Of a stretch of 64,000 nt of DNA, positions 54,277 through 63,399 are shown in pieces. The notes under the pieces are model-generated. The model was not told the DNA's origin. It did not search any database and saw only the letters and a program-made list of their open reading frames with translations. The stretch's first letter is position 1. Every line of letters begins with the position of its first letter. This stretch comes from Escherichia phage Mt1B1_P17: the sequence record NC_052662.1. The stretch is one strand, 5' to 3'. The translations under genes were made by a program, and so were the position numbers.

Positions 54277-54514
54277 TTAGCCACCTCGTTAGTTTTTCTT
54301 GCTCTTTGTTTGCGCGTTCTAAGCTTCTAAACTTTAAACAAAGGGAACGAGAATCCCTACCCATGCACAAGCTTTCATCTAAGCTGTGCTCCCCAACCAA
54401 CCAAAGAGAATATGTTTGAACATCTAACCCATAGTTTCTGTCTTTCCATAATCTCACCCCAAGAACATCAAAAGGCGCTTCCGCGACTAAAGAAAGAAAC
54501 CGATCTTTATTCAT
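54242..54514 (-). CDS. hypothetical protein
   Basis: 90 aa. Confidence 0.4.
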   Translation of the reverse strand: MNKDRFLSLVAEAPFDVLGVRLWKDRNYGLDVQTYSLWLVGEHSLDESLCMGRDSRSLCLKFRSLERANKEQEKLTRWLNENKRRVDGVL

Positions 54515-54576
54515 ATTACACCACCTTTCTCACGTTGATAATGTATGTATACCATACATAAAATAAATGTCAAGGC

Positions 54577-54777
54577 TTATCGACACAGATAGTTGTAACG
54601 ATCTGCTTTATCCTCTGCTTTAGCAAAGTCAGCAATCAAGGAAGTTTTGAGTTCTTCCAACTCTTTCACCCAAGAGTCGTAATCGTCCTGTGTTTCTCCA
54701 ATAGTTTGGAGAAAACAATCGTCGTAGCCAATAGACATGGCTAGCTCGATAATACGTTCCAGTTTTTCTTCCATCAT
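54577..54777 (-). CDS. hypothetical acidic protein
   Basis: 66 aa. Confidence 0.45.
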   Translation of the reverse strand: MMEEKLERIIELAMSIGYDDCFLQTIGETQDDYDSWVKELEELKTSLIADFAKAEDKADRYNYLCR

Positions 54778-55136
54778 TTCTCTCCTTCTACAGGCTTCTG
54801 TTTAACATAAAAGTAAGCACCACGAGCAAGATACAAATCATGTTCAATATCGCTCACAGGAAAACCATCTGGATTTTTAAAACCATCTTCTACAGCCAAA
54901 ATGAGAGATCGTAAACTGATAGCTAACAACTCCATTTGATCTTGTAGTTTTCTATTTTCTGCGTAAAGGTTTTTGCATTTTTGTTCTGCATTTTTCCATT
55001 GTTCTAATGCATGATCATAGCGGTGCATAAGAATAGCTTTTTCTTGTTCACGCTTAAAAGTTTCTTCGCAAATGAAACCTGTGCCTAAACCAGTTTCTTC
55101 GTCTTTGACAAACACTTCAACAAAATCTTTAGACAT
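54774..55136 (-). CDS. hypothetical coiled-coil protein
   Basis: start moved to internal ATG (MSKDFVEV) preceded by AGGAG, which removes the overlap with the upstream ORF. Confidence 0.45.
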   Translation of the reverse strand: MSKDFVEVFVKDEETGLGTGFICEETFKREQEKAILMHRYDHALEQWKNAEQKCKNLYAENRKLQDQMELLAISLRSLILAVEDGFKNPDGFPVSDIEHDLYLARGAYFYVKQKPVEGEK

Positions 55137-55137
55137 A

Positions 55138-55401
55138 TTATCTCCTATTTGCTTTCGGATACTCCCAACCCTCTGGGAGATCTTCTTTACACATCCACTC
55201 AAAAGGCCAGCGACAATAACTGTGCCACTTTCCATTGAGATACAAACAATCTTCATCTACTGGTCCACAAGGGTTGATAACTACAACACACCCTTTTGCT
55301 CGCCAATATTGAACTATTTCAGGGTAAAAACAAGAAACGTCGGTCCACTCCCAAATACGTTCATCATTCAAACGGTATGCTGCTGGCAATGTCTCTTTCA
55401 T
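55138..55401 (-). CDS. hypothetical Cys/Trp-rich protein
   Basis: 87 aa; multiple Cys and Trp (CFYPEIVQYWRAKGC, CGPVDEDC). Confidence 0.45.
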   Translation of the reverse strand: MKETLPAAYRLNDERIWEWTDVSCFYPEIVQYWRAKGCVVVINPCGPVDEDCLYLNGKWHSYCRWPFEWMCKEDLPEGWEYPKANRR

Positions 55402-55405
55402 ATTA

Positions 55406-55861
55406 TTAAACCTCTGTCAAAGAGAAACGCCAATCCTTACTACTACCTACGCCAAGGAAGATATAGTCTCCGGTACTAACGGAAATACGCCAAGCGGGAA
55501 TCCAATCAGGAATCTCTGGCTTATGGCTGTAACCATAACGATCACCATCCGAGTCTGTTGCAATATAATTAACAAATTCAGGAACATCTAAAGTTTCACC
55601 TTGATACTCTACACGCTTGAAGCCATCTTCCACTTCTTTCTCACCTTCTACCAGACAAGCAAGAAGTTTGATGTGAGGGCAAGTGAAATCTTGTCCTGGA
55701 TAACGTGAACGGATATCGGTTAACAATGCGATCACAGCATCCGATAACTCTTTATAATCCTCATATCTTACAAATGTGCCTTCTGTCGGATCATCAGGAC
55801 ACAAACGCCAAACATCGTTGCAGTTTACAGCATAATGTCGCACTTTAGTCATAAATACCAC
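55406..55861 (-). CDS. hypothetical protein
   Basis: 151 aa. Confidence 0.5.
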   Translation of the reverse strand: MVFMTKVRHYAVNCNDVWRLCPDDPTEGTFVRYEDYKELSDAVIALLTDIRSRYPGQDFTCPHIKLLACLVEGEKEVEDGFKRVEYQGETLDVPEFVNYIATDSDGDRYGYSHKPEIPDWIPAWRISVSTGDYIFLGVGSSKDWRFSLTEV

Positions 55862-55862
55862 C

Positions 55863-56261
55863 TTATCGTTGCGTACAATCAGCTTCTAGAGTAAGAACAT
55901 TCGTTATTGTTTTATCATTTTTTAGAAATGCAAACCAAGCTAAAGTGTCTCGATACTCTGTGCGCATCATTACTACTTCAGTAGTGCCAATAAACTGTTG
56001 TGAACCATACATAGCACTACCATCTTTACTTTTTTCTCCTGTGTGTTGCAGAATGCCACTCATCAAAGCACCACCTGAATTTTTAAGGATAAAGGAGTTA
56101 TCTTTATTAATGACAACAGAAGCCATTTTCTTAGGACCAGAAATCACTTCACCTTTCAGATTTTTAACAACCACATCTGACACACACTCATAAACTTGAG
56201 ACGCATTTGCTGTTCCGAGTGATGCAATGAGTAACAATAAACCTACGATGATCTTTTTCAT
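55863..56261 (-). CDS. secreted hypothetical protein
   Basis: 132 aa; signal peptide MKKIIVGLLLLIASLGTANA. Confidence 0.5.
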   Translation of the reverse strand: MKKIIVGLLLLIASLGTANASQVYECVSDVVVKNLKGEVISGPKKMASVVINKDNSFILKNSGGALMSGILQHTGEKSKDGSAMYGSQQFIGTTEVVMMRTEYRDTLAWFAFLKNDKTITNVLTLEADCTQR

Positions 56262-56356
56262 ATAAACTCTCCTCTTTATTTACCCGACGCGCCCCTGTTG
56301 GGCGGAAAGGGTTGTACGCAAAATTTTTAGCTCCAATCGTCGGGTGTCCCGACTCC

Positions 56357-56563
56357 TTACGCTTTTAATGTTTTAACAGAATGACAAGCTTTGCAAACCA
56401 TCACCGGAACAAGTTCATCTCCATTATCCGAATAAATCACTGTTTTCTTCATTCTGCCACCACATGAACAATACTCCGTATGATCCACTGGAATATTAAA
56501 TATTCCGTAATCACTTTCATACTGTTTCTTACATATGGACACTGCTTTTGTAAAACAAGACAT
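56357..56563 (-). CDS. small zinc-binding protein
   Basis: 68 aa; two Cys pairs. Confidence 0.45.
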   Translation of the reverse strand: MSCFTKAVSICKKQYESDYGIFNIPVDHTEYCSCGGRMKKTVIYSDNGDELVPVMVCKACHSVKTLKA

Positions 56564-56565
56564 AC

Positions 56566-56787
56566 CTACTCCGAAAGAACATTCACTTCATCAGAGAAAA
56601 ATACGTAATCACAACCTTCCCAAACATCTTCTTCAAACCACTCCCATCCCTCAACTTTGGACATTTCTTCTATCGTAACAAAGAATGTTGTCATATCATC
56701 GCTAACAAGATGTGCTTCAACAACAAAAGGAATCTGAACATTCTCAAAACCAACATAACCCAATACATCACAAACTCTAATTTTCAT
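56566..56787 (-). CDS. paralog family B member
   Basis: 73 aa; MKIR ... EGWEWFEEDVWEGCDYVFF, similar to the 62193..62423 ORF. Confidence 0.5.
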   Translation of the reverse strand: MKIRVCDVLGYVGFENVQIPFVVEAHLVSDDMTTFFVTIEEMSKVEGWEWFEEDVWEGCDYVFFSDEVNVLSE

Positions 56788-56788
56788 A

Positions 56789-56989
56789 TTATGCTCCTTT
56801 GTAGATTATGTTGGTGCGTTCACACTCTGCTACCAGCAAGCGATTAGCGATGTTGTCCATAGGAACATCAATCTCTACGCTCCAGGCGTTGATATACACT
56901 TCTTCAATCTTTGCTCCAAGCGTTTGTGCGATCAGGGCAACAGCCCCAGCATATTCAAGTTTAATCTCAATTACCATTTTGCACCTCAA
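56789..56989 (-). CDS. hypothetical protein
   Basis: 66 aa. Confidence 0.45.
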   Translation of the reverse strand: MRCKMVIEIKLEYAGAVALIAQTLGAKIEEVYINAWSVEIDVPMDNIANRLLVAECERTNIIYKGA

Positions 56990-56991
56990 GG

Positions 56992-57228
56992 TTATTTATC
57001 TTGCTTGTATCTTACAAGGCGATCACACTCTAGGTCAAGAAATTTCTCCGCATTTCGTTCATGTTTGAGCACAATACATTGTTCTTTCCAGTCTGTAGCT
57101 CTTTGCTGCGCTGCTCCTGGGTCAAAATCCCAAAGCCATGCCGCGAAAAGAACAACCATAACAATTACTAAGAAACTAAACACTATTGGCATTGCACATC
57201 CTCCTGTGTAGCATGGTCTTTTACCCAT
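56992..57228 (-). CDS. small membrane protein
   Basis: 78 aa; transmembrane helix IVFSFLVIVMVVLFAAWLW. Confidence 0.45.
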   Translation of the reverse strand: MGKRPCYTGGCAMPIVFSFLVIVMVVLFAAWLWDFDPGAAQQRATDWKEQCIVLKHERNAEKFLDLECDRLVRYKQDK

Positions 57229-57497
57229 TTTATACGGGCAGCATTCAAATGCAATAGCCCGTTTCTTTGTGCAAAATCATATTTAAACCAGTCTCCGTCA
57301 TCAAACGGGTATTCTTCAGACAATCCTGCCTCACGGAATTGCATTTGCATTTCATAATTTAGATCATCATAACCTCCAGTCCAAAGGTAGAGGCAACTAC
57401 ATAATCCTTTATCATGCCAGAAAGGATTATTATCTGGAGCACCAGCTAATAGCCAGTTATGATATGCCTGATAAAATTCTTTAAGTTCTTCTGACAT
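57183..57497 (-). CDS. paralog family A member
   Basis: 104 aa; FYQAYHNWLLAGAP ... GLC ... YPF ... HLNAARIKWVKDH. Confidence 0.5.
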   Translation of the reverse strand: MSEELKEFYQAYHNWLLAGAPDNNPFWHDKGLCSCLYLWTGGYDDLNYEMQMQFREAGLSEEYPFDDGDWFKYDFAQRNGLLHLNAARIKWVKDHATQEDVQCQ

Positions 57498-57674
57498 TTA
57501 ACCTCCTGTATACAGTGTTGAAAGATACACAGCAAAAGCATTCTCGGCTGTTTTCACCTCCTCTTCAAGATCTTCACGCTCTGCTGGCGTTAATGCATTC
57601 CGCACAGCAGCGTCTGCTTCTCGGATTTTTCTTACTAAACGTGAAACATCTTTCAGTTGTTGAAAAGTAGCCAT
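57498..57674 (-). CDS. small hypothetical protein (58 aa)
   Basis: ATG after AGGAG; below ORF-track cutoff. Confidence 0.4.
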   Translation of the reverse strand: MATFQQLKDVSRLVRKIREADAAVRNALTPAEREDLEEEVKTAENAFAVYLSTLYTGG

Positions 57675-57689
57675 AATCTTTCTCCTGTT

Positions 57690-58049
57690 TTAGTTAGTGT
57701 CACGCCATTCGGCAATCTCTTCGGCTAAACGATCACAAGAATCGAAAGCCACTTTACCTTCACTAGGGTAGTTCCAGAAGACACCCCGTGAATCTGTAAT
57801 ATTTATATGATACTTGTCCCACATCTCTTTTGCAAGTGGTCGATCAACATATCCTTCAAAATATACTTCAGTTTCTGCTGAATACGGAGTGTAATCGCTT
57901 GCAGCAAAAACGTCCTGGAAGATGACCATCACGTTACGTGTTGTGCTTGGGTACATCAATTGGTGAAATTTCAACAACCTTCCGTTGATCCTAACAACAT
58001 CTCCTTCAAACAAGGAGATATCTTTTACTTTACGAAATTCTCCGCTCAT
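57690..58049 (-). CDS. hypothetical protein
   Basis: 119 aa. Confidence 0.5.
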   Translation of the reverse strand: MSGEFRKVKDISLFEGDVVRINGRLLKFHQLMYPSTTRNVMVIFQDVFAASDYTPYSAETEVYFEGYVDRPLAKEMWDKYHINITDSRGVFWNYPSEGKVAFDSCDRLAEEIAEWRDTN

Positions 58050-58058
58050 TTTACCCCC

Positions 58059-58250
58059 TTAATACACATCTCCTACAAACCAGATTTCTGGATCGCCATA
58101 CTGATCCTTCTCGTAAGATTTATAGACACTACAGCAATATTTCAAAACACCATCGACAAAGATTGTTGATCTTTCTTCTGGAATCTCTGTGATTTCACCT
58201 TTACGGGTTTCGAAGATGGTATCACCATTTTCAATTAGTCTGATTTTCAT
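58059..58250 (-). CDS. hypothetical protein
   Basis: 63 aa. Confidence 0.45.
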   Translation of the reverse strand: MKIRLIENGDTIFETRKGEITEIPEERSTIFVDGVLKYCCSVYKSYEKDQYGDPEIWFVGDVY

Positions 58251-58449
58251 ATCGTACTTCCTTCAATGCGAGTAATGCATTCACCAGATTATCAACACCT
58301 TGATCATCCAGTGCAATAACATCAAAGTTAAACCCTGTATCAGTTGGGACTTTACGTTTTATGGTGTAATAGTCTCCTTCATGACGTTCAACATCCGCGT
58401 ATGGGTAACTGCTGTTTGGATCATGTTTTACGCGAATAGATGTTTTCAT
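58231..58449 (-). CDS. hypothetical protein
   Basis: 72 aa. Confidence 0.45.
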   Translation of the reverse strand: MKTSIRVKHDPNSSYPYADVERHEGDYYTIKRKVPTDTGFNFDVIALDDQGVDNLVNALLALKEVRYENQTN

Positions 58450-58940
58450 GTTTTGTTCTCCTCTTTAATTGCAATACGGAGCTTATTAGCTTCTCTCACC
58501 TGGAACATGAAGTCTTTCTTCTTCATAATGCCAATAGACATTTCATCCAGTTCTTCTGGGTGAATCTGAAGATTACGGCGATCAGACAGGAACCAAGTTT
58601 TCTCCCACCAGAAGCGTTGATCCTCCTCTTCGTGATATTTATATGTCTCTTTTTCTTCTTCTGTGAGAAGTTTGAATCGGTTTTTCGCTTCGTACCTCAT
58701 TGGGGTATGAAAAGGAATGCCATTATCACCATTATACACCGCAGACGTACCCAGACAATAACCAGTTTCTGCGTCGATCATTTGGTAGTGAAACTCACAC
58801 TCCAGTTCAACATACTCTAAATCCCCATAAAAATCACTAATCAAGAAAGCAATGTAAGTTTCACCGTGTTCGGGAACAAATTCTTGCTTTGTCAACATCT
58901 CCAGTTTCAAACCTGCCATTGCTTTCTCCTTTTTAGTCAA
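58446..58940 (-). CDS. hypothetical protein
   Basis: 164 aa. Confidence 0.5.
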   Translation of the reverse strand: MTKKEKAMAGLKLEMLTKQEFVPEHGETYIAFLISDFYGDLEYVELECEFHYQMIDAETGYCLGTSAVYNGDNGIPFHTPMRYEAKNRFKLLTEEEKETYKYHEEEDQRFWWEKTWFLSDRRNLQIHPEELDEMSIGIMKKKDFMFQVREANKLRIAIKEENKT

Positions 58941-59232
58941 ACCAGTTGTATTCAGAAGGGTAACGAGCGTAGTTTGGCTTGTACCCCAGCCTTTTCATCT
59001 TAACAGACATACGAGTGAAGCCAAAGGTTGTTTTGCCCTTAGACATAAACTTCTTCCCACTCTTCATTGGCTTCTTAGGGTCTTTGATCGTCTGGTGTAA
59101 CGCTCGCGCAAGCCACAAAGTGTATGCGCTCGGCACTTGATTAACTTTCATCTTGTTACCTTTCATCGAAACCTCCTCAGTGAACTTCGTGCCAAGTGCC
59201 AAACTCTTCTGCTGATACTTTAGGAACGGCAT
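58933..59232 (-). CDS. hypothetical basic protein
   Basis: 99 aa, Lys-rich. Confidence 0.45.
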   Translation of the reverse strand: MPFLKYQQKSLALGTKFTEEVSMKGNKMKVNQVPSAYTLWLARALHQTIKDPKKPMKSGKKFMSKGKTTFGFTRMSVKMKRLGYKPNYARYPSEYNWFD

Positions 59233-59386
59233 GAGTTTCTCGGTATTTGTTTAAAGCTTTCTCAACGGCTGTAGCAAAAACATCTTGAGATTTGTGAGGC
59301 ATATAATAAGCGCGTCCCATATATGCCAGTGCATCACGTAATTCTTCTGCTTGCTCTTGTGTAACTGTCAACGTGATAGTAACCAT
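59177..59386 (-). CDS. hypothetical protein
   Basis: 69 aa. Confidence 0.4.
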   Translation of the reverse strand: MVTITLTVTQEQAEELRDALAYMGRAYYMPHKSQDVFATAVEKALNKYRETHAVPKVSAEEFGTWHEVH

Positions 59387-59628
59387 TATTCAATTGCCTC
59401 CAATATAAAGTAAGTAATAAGAACCACAACCCAAGAACACGCTAAAGTTAAAAACATATTGATCCAATGTCTTTGCCTTTCTTTTGCTGTGCGTCTTCGG
59501 TAGCCTACAAGTCTATCGTATACATAAGGTCCATCTTCCAAAGAGAAAATCAAAACAATAACGGGAGTAACGAAAAAGACTGCTATAAACAAAACAATCT
59601 CTGCAAGCATTATTTCACCTCGGACCAA
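59386..59628 (-). CDS. membrane protein (two predicted transmembrane helices)
   Basis: 80 aa; hydrophobic segments at both ends. Confidence 0.45.
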   Translation of the reverse strand: MVRGEIMLAEIVLFIAVFFVTPVIVLIFSLEDGPYVYDRLVGYRRRTAKERQRHWINMFLTLACSWVVVLITYFILEAIE

Positions 59629-59909
59629 TCAATAGTGATCCACTCGTATGCCCCGTTCAGATCCATTTCTTTATAAACAACAAGCCCACGCTCACGAAGA
59701 ATTGCTACTGCTTCATCCATCCATTTCACCTGATTGTAGATTTCCCCTGGGTGAGTAGGAGAATTATCCAAACCAAAATCAGATGGCGTGAAATTTCTTG
59801 AAGAGTTTCCCGCTCGTGCTTCAGCAAAACATGTCTCGATCACTTCTTCAACAGGGAAGTTGAAGGAAGCTTCTTTTGCAATACGGCGTAACTGTTCGGT
59901 CAGATTCAT
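59610..59909 (-). CDS. hypothetical protein
   Basis: 99 aa. Confidence 0.45.
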   Translation of the reverse strand: MNLTEQLRRIAKEASFNFPVEEVIETCFAEARAGNSSRNFTPSDFGLDNSPTHPGEIYNQVKWMDEAVAILRERGLVVYKEMDLNGAYEWITIDWSEVK

Positions 59910-59936
59910 CTTATTCTCCTTTCGTTGTGCGAAACA

Positions 59937-60374
59937 TTACAGCAGATCTAATGCTTTCAACTCTTCTTTCAATGATTCAGGCAAGTCACATTCAATGTCA
60001 ATCAGAGATAACAAGTGACCAACAATGCCTTCCAGATGTTGATACTCACTATAACTTATAAATTCAGAATTGTAAACAGAAACATCCTTAGTTTCTTTCA
60101 CAACTTCCCCCGCAGACACGCACATAAAAAAGTTACGCTCTCCGCGAGCTAACAATATCTCCCAACTTCTGAACGGATACTGTCCAGCTTCAATAATATC
60201 CCCGCTGTCCAATAAAGTCAATGAGCAAACAGACCCTGATTCACTAACATCTTCGACGCGGAAACAAGACCCTTCAATCAAAGCCGCCATTTTGAAATTT
60301 TCATCAGAGATCATAGAGAAAGCTTCACAGGCAGCTTTACTTTTGAAACAGTAAACAGCATTAACTTTAAACAT
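59937..60374 (-). CDS. paralog family C member (N-terminal domain only)
   Basis: 145 aa; N-terminal region resembles the two upstream tandem ORFs (VY-x-F ... G ... F-x-V ... G). Confidence 0.45.
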   Translation of the reverse strand: MFKVNAVYCFKSKAACEAFSMISDENFKMAALIEGSCFRVEDVSESGSVCSLTLLDSGDIIEAGQYPFRSWEILLARGERNFFMCVSAGEVVKETKDVSVYNSEFISYSEYQHLEGIVGHLLSLIDIECDLPESLKEELKALDLL

Positions 60375-60386
60375 AACATTCCCCTT

Positions 60387-60842
60387 TTAAACAAAAGATA
60401 CGCCGATGGTAGCAACAACCAAACGTTTATAAACTTCAACCTCTTCTGTAGGATTAGCCATTTTATGCTCTGCTGCTTCTTTCAAAGCTTCTTCATAACT
60501 TTCAAATCCAGAAATACAGGTGTCATCAGTCATTACAACATACCACTCTTCTTTTGTTGTATCAACAGGTTCTTCTTGGGGTTTTCCACGACCACCACGA
60601 ATACCACCGTCAACAAAATAATCTATATGAGCAGAATTGATTATGTAACGATCCCCATCACTAGCAGTGATAACACCGTCTCTCCCTATCACAACAATTG
60701 ACAAGATATTACCATTTGCATCAGTGCTCAACACCTCGAAAAAATTCTCTCCAATGATAGCAGCAATACTGTTATCAAAGGTAGAATATAATCGCATATA
60801 ATCTTCATCCTGGAAACGGTAGACATGACCTTCTTTGAACAT
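60387..60842 (-). CDS. paralog family C member
   Basis: 151 aa; shares N-terminal and C-terminal (EEWYVVMTDD ... EVEVYKRLVVA) regions with 60848..61348. Confidence 0.5.
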   Translation of the reverse strand: MFKEGHVYRFQDEDYMRLYSTFDNSIAAIIGENFFEVLSTDANGNILSIVVIGRDGVITASDGDRYIINSAHIDYFVDGGIRGGRGKPQEEPVDTTKEEWYVVMTDDTCISGFESYEEALKEAAEHKMANPTEEVEVYKRLVVATIGVSFV

Positions 60843-60847
60843 TGGCT

Positions 60848-61348
60848 TTACTCCTTATCAATAGTGATTGTGGCGTTTGCTACTGCAACACGAGCGTAAA
60901 TCTCAACCGTCTTCGACGGATAATCCTTCTTAGCTTTTGTAGCGACTTCAGAAGCTTTTTCAAAACTAGAACAAACATCTACACACTCTGATCCTACGAT
61001 CACAACATGCCATTGTGGTTCTGCTTTACCCATTGTTTCCTCCTTTACTTCTTCAAAATATTTAAATTCTTCGTTATCAATCAAATAAGTATACGAATTA
61101 AACCCTGGGGTAACACCTGCTGTATAGAGGGTACCGTTGATATAAAACTCAAGAACATGACCATACTTATCATCTGTATTCATAACTTTGAAAACTTCGT
61201 TTCCAATCGCTTGGCAAACAGCAATATTTGCTTTGTCATGTGTTGCCATATCTCCTTGGTCAGCAACGCTTTTGAATTTATAAGTAAACCCTACTTTAAA
61301 CACGATGTGCTCCTTCTTGTTCAAGAGTAAAAGGAATGATTTCACCAT
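60848..61348 (-). CDS. paralog family C member
   Basis: 166 aa; C-terminal PQWHVVIVGSEC ... VEIYARVAVA aligns with the downstream paralog. Confidence 0.5.
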   Translation of the reverse strand: MVKSFLLLLNKKEHIVFKVGFTYKFKSVADQGDMATHDKANIAVCQAIGNEVFKVMNTDDKYGHVLEFYINGTLYTAGVTPGFNSYTYLIDNEEFKYFEEVKEETMGKAEPQWHVVIVGSECVDVCSSFEKASEVATKAKKDYPSKTVEIYARVAVANATITIDKE

Positions 61349-61490
61349 AGCTGTATTGCATGGTATTCACTTCTGCTTCTGCACGTTGTGCTAGTTCTAA
61401 TGTTGCACAGATCTTGTAAGGAACAGTGCTGCATTGGCTCCAGCCTGGGGTATTCTTTGTTACTAAATATACAGTAGTTCCTTTATTCAT
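61296..61490 (-). CDS. hypothetical protein
   Basis: 64 aa. Confidence 0.4.
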   Translation of the reverse strand: MNKGTTVYLVTKNTPGWSQCSTVPYKICATLELAQRAEAEVNTMQYSYGEIIPFTLEQEGAHRV

Positions 61491-61944
61491 AACTTTCTCC
61501 TCCTAACTCATCATACCATTTCAAAGCGTCTTTTGGAAGCATACCAAAATCTTCTTTCAGTTCTTTTTCAATCTCTTCTTGCATTTCCATCAGCGTTTTC
61601 AGTTGACGGACTTTTTTGTGCATAGCCACATTCCTTTCATTAAGGTTTGTCACTACATTATTTGCACGACTCGGTGGAAATGACAAAGGTTTCACGGGAA
61701 GATAATCTTCGATATTATCTAGTGCGTTACGAAAATTATGATCCAAGAAACGCACATCTACACGATTGTAATCGGCAGCTACAACAGTGAACACTTTAAA
61801 CGGCACATTGGATAAAGTATGTTGCACACAGACAGTACCCATATTACCTTCAATTTTACTGGTAACTTCCAGCAAACCTGTATGAGCACTAACATAATCG
61901 TGAACACATTGCACATAAGCTGCCAGTATAGTGAATTGTCTCAT
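61483..61944 (-). CDS. hypothetical protein
   Basis: 153 aa. Confidence 0.5.
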   Translation of the reverse strand: MRQFTILAAYVQCVHDYVSAHTGLLEVTSKIEGNMGTVCVQHTLSNVPFKVFTVVAADYNRVDVRFLDHNFRNALDNIEDYLPVKPLSFPPSRANNVVTNLNERNVAMHKKVRQLKTLMEMQEEIEKELKEDFGMLPKDALKWYDELGGESYE

Positions 61945-62189
61945 TTTCTACCTCCCCATAATGCTAACATTTTATTGAAAATGGAAACGCGTCGTGCGCG
62001 AGATGCCATATCATAGTTCATTCTTTCCGTCTCTGCAAGAAATTGATCTACTGTAATCAACGCTTCTGTTTTCTCTTTCAGAGTTTGCATATTCATCCAT
62101 TCACATTCGGAGTACCAATTATCGAAATACAAACTATCAAGAAGATCCATTGCTGCTTCGTTCTGTTGTGGTGTGATCATTGCACACAA
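61941..62189 (-). CDS. hypothetical protein
   Basis: 82 aa. Confidence 0.45.
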   Translation of the reverse strand: MCAMITPQQNEAAMDLLDSLYFDNWYSECEWMNMQTLKEKTEALITVDQFLAETERMNYDMASRARRVSIFNKMLALWGGRK

Positions 62190-62192
62190 CCT

Positions 62193-62423
62193 TTAATAGA
62201 CAATTTCATATTCGTGAGGAAAGAAAACATAATCTTCCCCTTCTCGTGCATCTATCTCGTCCCAAAACCACTCCTGCACTTCCATCATCTTCGAGAATCG
62301 CACATGAGCAAGCCCACTGTATTCCACTGTAGCTTCCAACACAAGTGGAAATTTTGCATGTGCCAATCCTTTATAACCACCATCATTCTCAATACGAATT
62401 TTCATACGTTTCATGTTATGCAT
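62193..62423 (-). CDS. paralog family B member
   Basis: 76 aa; MKIRIEN ... EWFWDEIDAREGEDYVFF. Confidence 0.5.
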   Translation of the reverse strand: MHNMKRMKIRIENDGGYKGLAHAKFPLVLEATVEYSGLAHVRFSKMMEVQEWFWDEIDAREGEDYVFFPHEYEIVY

Positions 62424-62625
62424 CTTTCATATTCTCCACGAAGTGACGAGCAACAGGATTCCCGTGGAAATATTCATTGATGAAATCGATCACACACGTT
62501 TCACTGCCTGTCACAACGGACGGTGCGAAGTTTCGGAACTGCACGAGTACACGACTTGCATTAGCAAGGGTGTGCACACGATCAGTGTTAGCTAAATACA
62601 AGGATACAGTTTTCATATTTGACAT
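62416..62625 (-). CDS. hypothetical protein
   Basis: 69 aa. Confidence 0.45.
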   Translation of the reverse strand: MSNMKTVSLYLANTDRVHTLANASRVLVQFRNFAPSVVTGSETCVIDFINEYFHGNPVARHFVENMKDA

Positions 62626-62684
62626 TTCAATCTCCTCATTGGCTATCTGTTATGCGCGGTATGCAAACTATCATACAGACATTT

Positions 62685-63053
62685 TTATTCAATGCAAGCA
62701 TTATTTGCATCTTCAATTCTGTCTTTCACCCATTGAAGACGTAACGTGTTGGTATGACACGCCAAGTTTATACACTCTGAAAGGTAATCCATGCAATCTG
62801 CATTGAACGGAAGATTGTAGTCCAACCCTGCACATGTAAATTGTTTCCTCATTTCATATTTCAAACGGTCCAACAAACTATCCCGCCATCTTCTATCTTC
62901 TTCTCTAGTTGTCTCACCAACAAAATCATTTACATAATCTACCAGACAACCACATAAGCCACTCGTTGTGCGATTCATTGCAGGATAGTTGGCAATCCAT
63001 GCTTTATAGAAGCGAAGCAATGTTGCACTGCTCAACGGAATACTATTTGTCAT
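62685..63053 (-). CDS. paralog family A member
   Basis: 122 aa; FYKAWIANYP ... SGLCGC ... LPFN ... RLQWVKDRI. Confidence 0.55.
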   Translation of the reverse strand: MTNSIPLSSATLLRFYKAWIANYPAMNRTTSGLCGCLVDYVNDFVGETTREEDRRWRDSLLDRLKYEMRKQFTCAGLDYNLPFNADCMDYLSECINLACHTNTLRLQWVKDRIEDANNACIE

Positions 63054-63387
63054 TTTTCTCTCCTTCGTAATCTTGAATTCTATCTAGCACCCATTGTATA
63101 CGATGTTTGTTTTTATAGCAAATAAGTTTTTTATGTTCGAAGGTGTATTCTTCATAACCACCTTCATTAAACGGGAAATTGTAATCCAATCCTGCACTAA
63201 TAAACTGTGATTTCATCTCCTGTTGTAGACGAGGTAACAGTTCATCAGGATATGTTCCCTCTACATACTTAATCAAACATATGCACAAGCCACTCGTTGT
63301 GTGACCTTCTACCTCACCAGCAAGCCAAGCTTTGTAAAACTTCATTAGACGTAAACTACTCAACGGAACATTTTTACTCTCTTGCAT
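63043..63387 (-). CDS. paralog family A member
   Basis: 114 aa; FYKAWLAGEV ... SGLCIC ... FPFN ... RIQWVLDRI; first gene of the leftward block. Confidence 0.55.
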   Translation of the reverse strand: MQESKNVPLSSLRLMKFYKAWLAGEVEGHTTSGLCICLIKYVEGTYPDELLPRLQQEMKSQFISAGLDYNFPFNEGGYEEYTFEHKKLICYKNKHRIQWVLDRIQDYEGEKNDK

Positions 63388-63399
63388 GATAATCTCCTC

